Positions 31,506 to 32,000 of a DNA stretch of 32,000 nt are shown one piece after another (within the stretch, counting starts at the first letter, position 1; every line of letters begins with the position of its first letter). The stretch is from Blattabacterium cuenoti (lineage in GTDB: Bacteria > Bacteroidota > Bacteroidia > Flavobacteriales > Blattabacteriaceae): contig CP059204.1 of NCBI GenBank assembly GCA_014251975.1, forward strand, positions 360,001-392,000, given 5' to 3'. The position numbers and the translations under genes are program-made. A model generated the notes under the pieces. It worked only from the letters and a program-made list of their open reading frames with translations, had not been told where the DNA came from and did not search any database.

Positions 31506-32000
31506 TTAATATTTTGTATTAAAAATACAAATATCTAAATGTATTTTTTTTCCTAATAAATTTATTATAATTCCATTATTTACTTTACGTGAAATAATAT
31601 TAATAGATAAAGTTTCTTTACATATGAAGTTTTTATTTTTTTTTAAAATAGATTCTAATTCTTTAATTGTATTAATATATAAAAATATTTTTTCAGATAC
31701 ATTTAATTTATATTTTTTTCTTAAAATTTGTACATTTCTAATAAATTCTCTAACTATACCTTCTTCTTTAAGAAAATTTGTAATTTTTAAATTTAAAGCT
31801 ATTGTAAAATTATCATTAAACGATACTTCCCATTCTTTAACAAATTTTGTTGTTATTTTTAAATCTTTTATAGAAATAAGATATTTACCATCTAAATAAA
31901 TTTTATGTTTTTTTTCTATATTTTTTATATCATCTTGTGTTAATTTATTTATTAATTCACAAACTTTTTTAACATTATTTCCAAATTTAGGTCCAATATA
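31506..32000 (-). CDS. ileS: isoleucyl-tRNA synthetase, C-terminal 164 codons (gene continues beyond the window end)
   Basis: This gene is not in the ORF track because no start lies in the window. My hand translation of the minus strand from 32000 is stop-free and ends at the TAA complementing 31506-31508. It reads YIGPKFGNNVKKVCELINKL...ITNFLKEEGIVREFIRNVQILRKKYKLNVSEKIFLYINT...LDICIFNTKY*. The EEG-REF-R-Q-LRK...L-V-I pattern is the IleS C-terminal module, and the ileS-lspA synteny supports the call. Confidence 0.8.
   Translation of the reverse strand, partial: YIGPKFGNNVKKVCELINKLTQDDIKNIEKKHKIYLDGKYLISIKDLKITTKFVKEWEVSFNDNFTIALNLKITNFLKEEGIVREFIRNVQILRKKYKLNVSEKIFLYINTIKELESILKKNKNFICKETLSINIISRKVNNGIIINLLGKKIHLDICIFNTKY

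Noticed and set aside
31509-31533. Near-perfect inverted repeat (atattttgtatt / aatacaaatat) spanning the ileS stop, just upstream of lspA. I considered it as a possible terminator or attenuator.
   Set aside because: The stem is almost entirely A/T with a one-base asymmetry, and the flanks are uniformly A/T-rich, so no distinct U-tract can be singled out. Such weak palindromes are expected by chance at this composition. lspA, 23 nt downstream, presumably needs read-through.
31624-31899. 91-aa plus-strand ORF from the ORF track.
   Set aside because: The opposite strand carries a stop-free frame across the whole 31506-32000 interval with a clear IleS C-terminal sequence. The plus-strand ORF is its shadow.

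Overview
This is a core-genome window from an extremely A+T-rich, very gene-dense, streamlined bacterial genome (composition judged by eye, not computed). Protein sequences and gene order point to a Flavobacteriales-derived obligate insect endosymbiont. The evidence includes a roughly 300-aa NusB, a PUR-like DUF3276 protein, GlnS, a type-II NADH dehydrogenase, and the block tRNA-Thr/Tyr/Gly/Thr-tuf-tRNA-Trp-secE-nusG-rplKAJL-rpoBC. Blattabacterium-like is my best guess, but I could not run a search to verify it. I call 30 protein-coding genes, 6 tRNAs, one clear bidirectional intrinsic terminator and three weak Bacteroidetes-type -7 promoter candidates. One gene, ileS, is cut by the window end and is missing from the ORF track. 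A second, glnS, starts well upstream of its ORF-track start. I found no mobile element, CRISPR array, prophage, toxin or defence gene, and no unexplained long ORF. Every ORF that is not an antisense shadow has a housekeeping assignment, so I do not believe this window contains a novel biological system. What is worth a second look are genome-erosion quirks. glnS has no canonical start codon upstream of its catalytic HIGH motif. The miaA reading frame runs antisense into a tRNA-Val gene. Genes overlap or abut with no terminator space. The ribosomal-protein/rpoBC array has 7-18 nt spacers, too short for the classical regulatory leaders. ndh, menF, a thioesterase gene and idi form a quinone/isoprenoid gene neighbourhood. 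Some tRNAs carry stem mismatches, and long in-frame poly(A) tracts occur in several genes.
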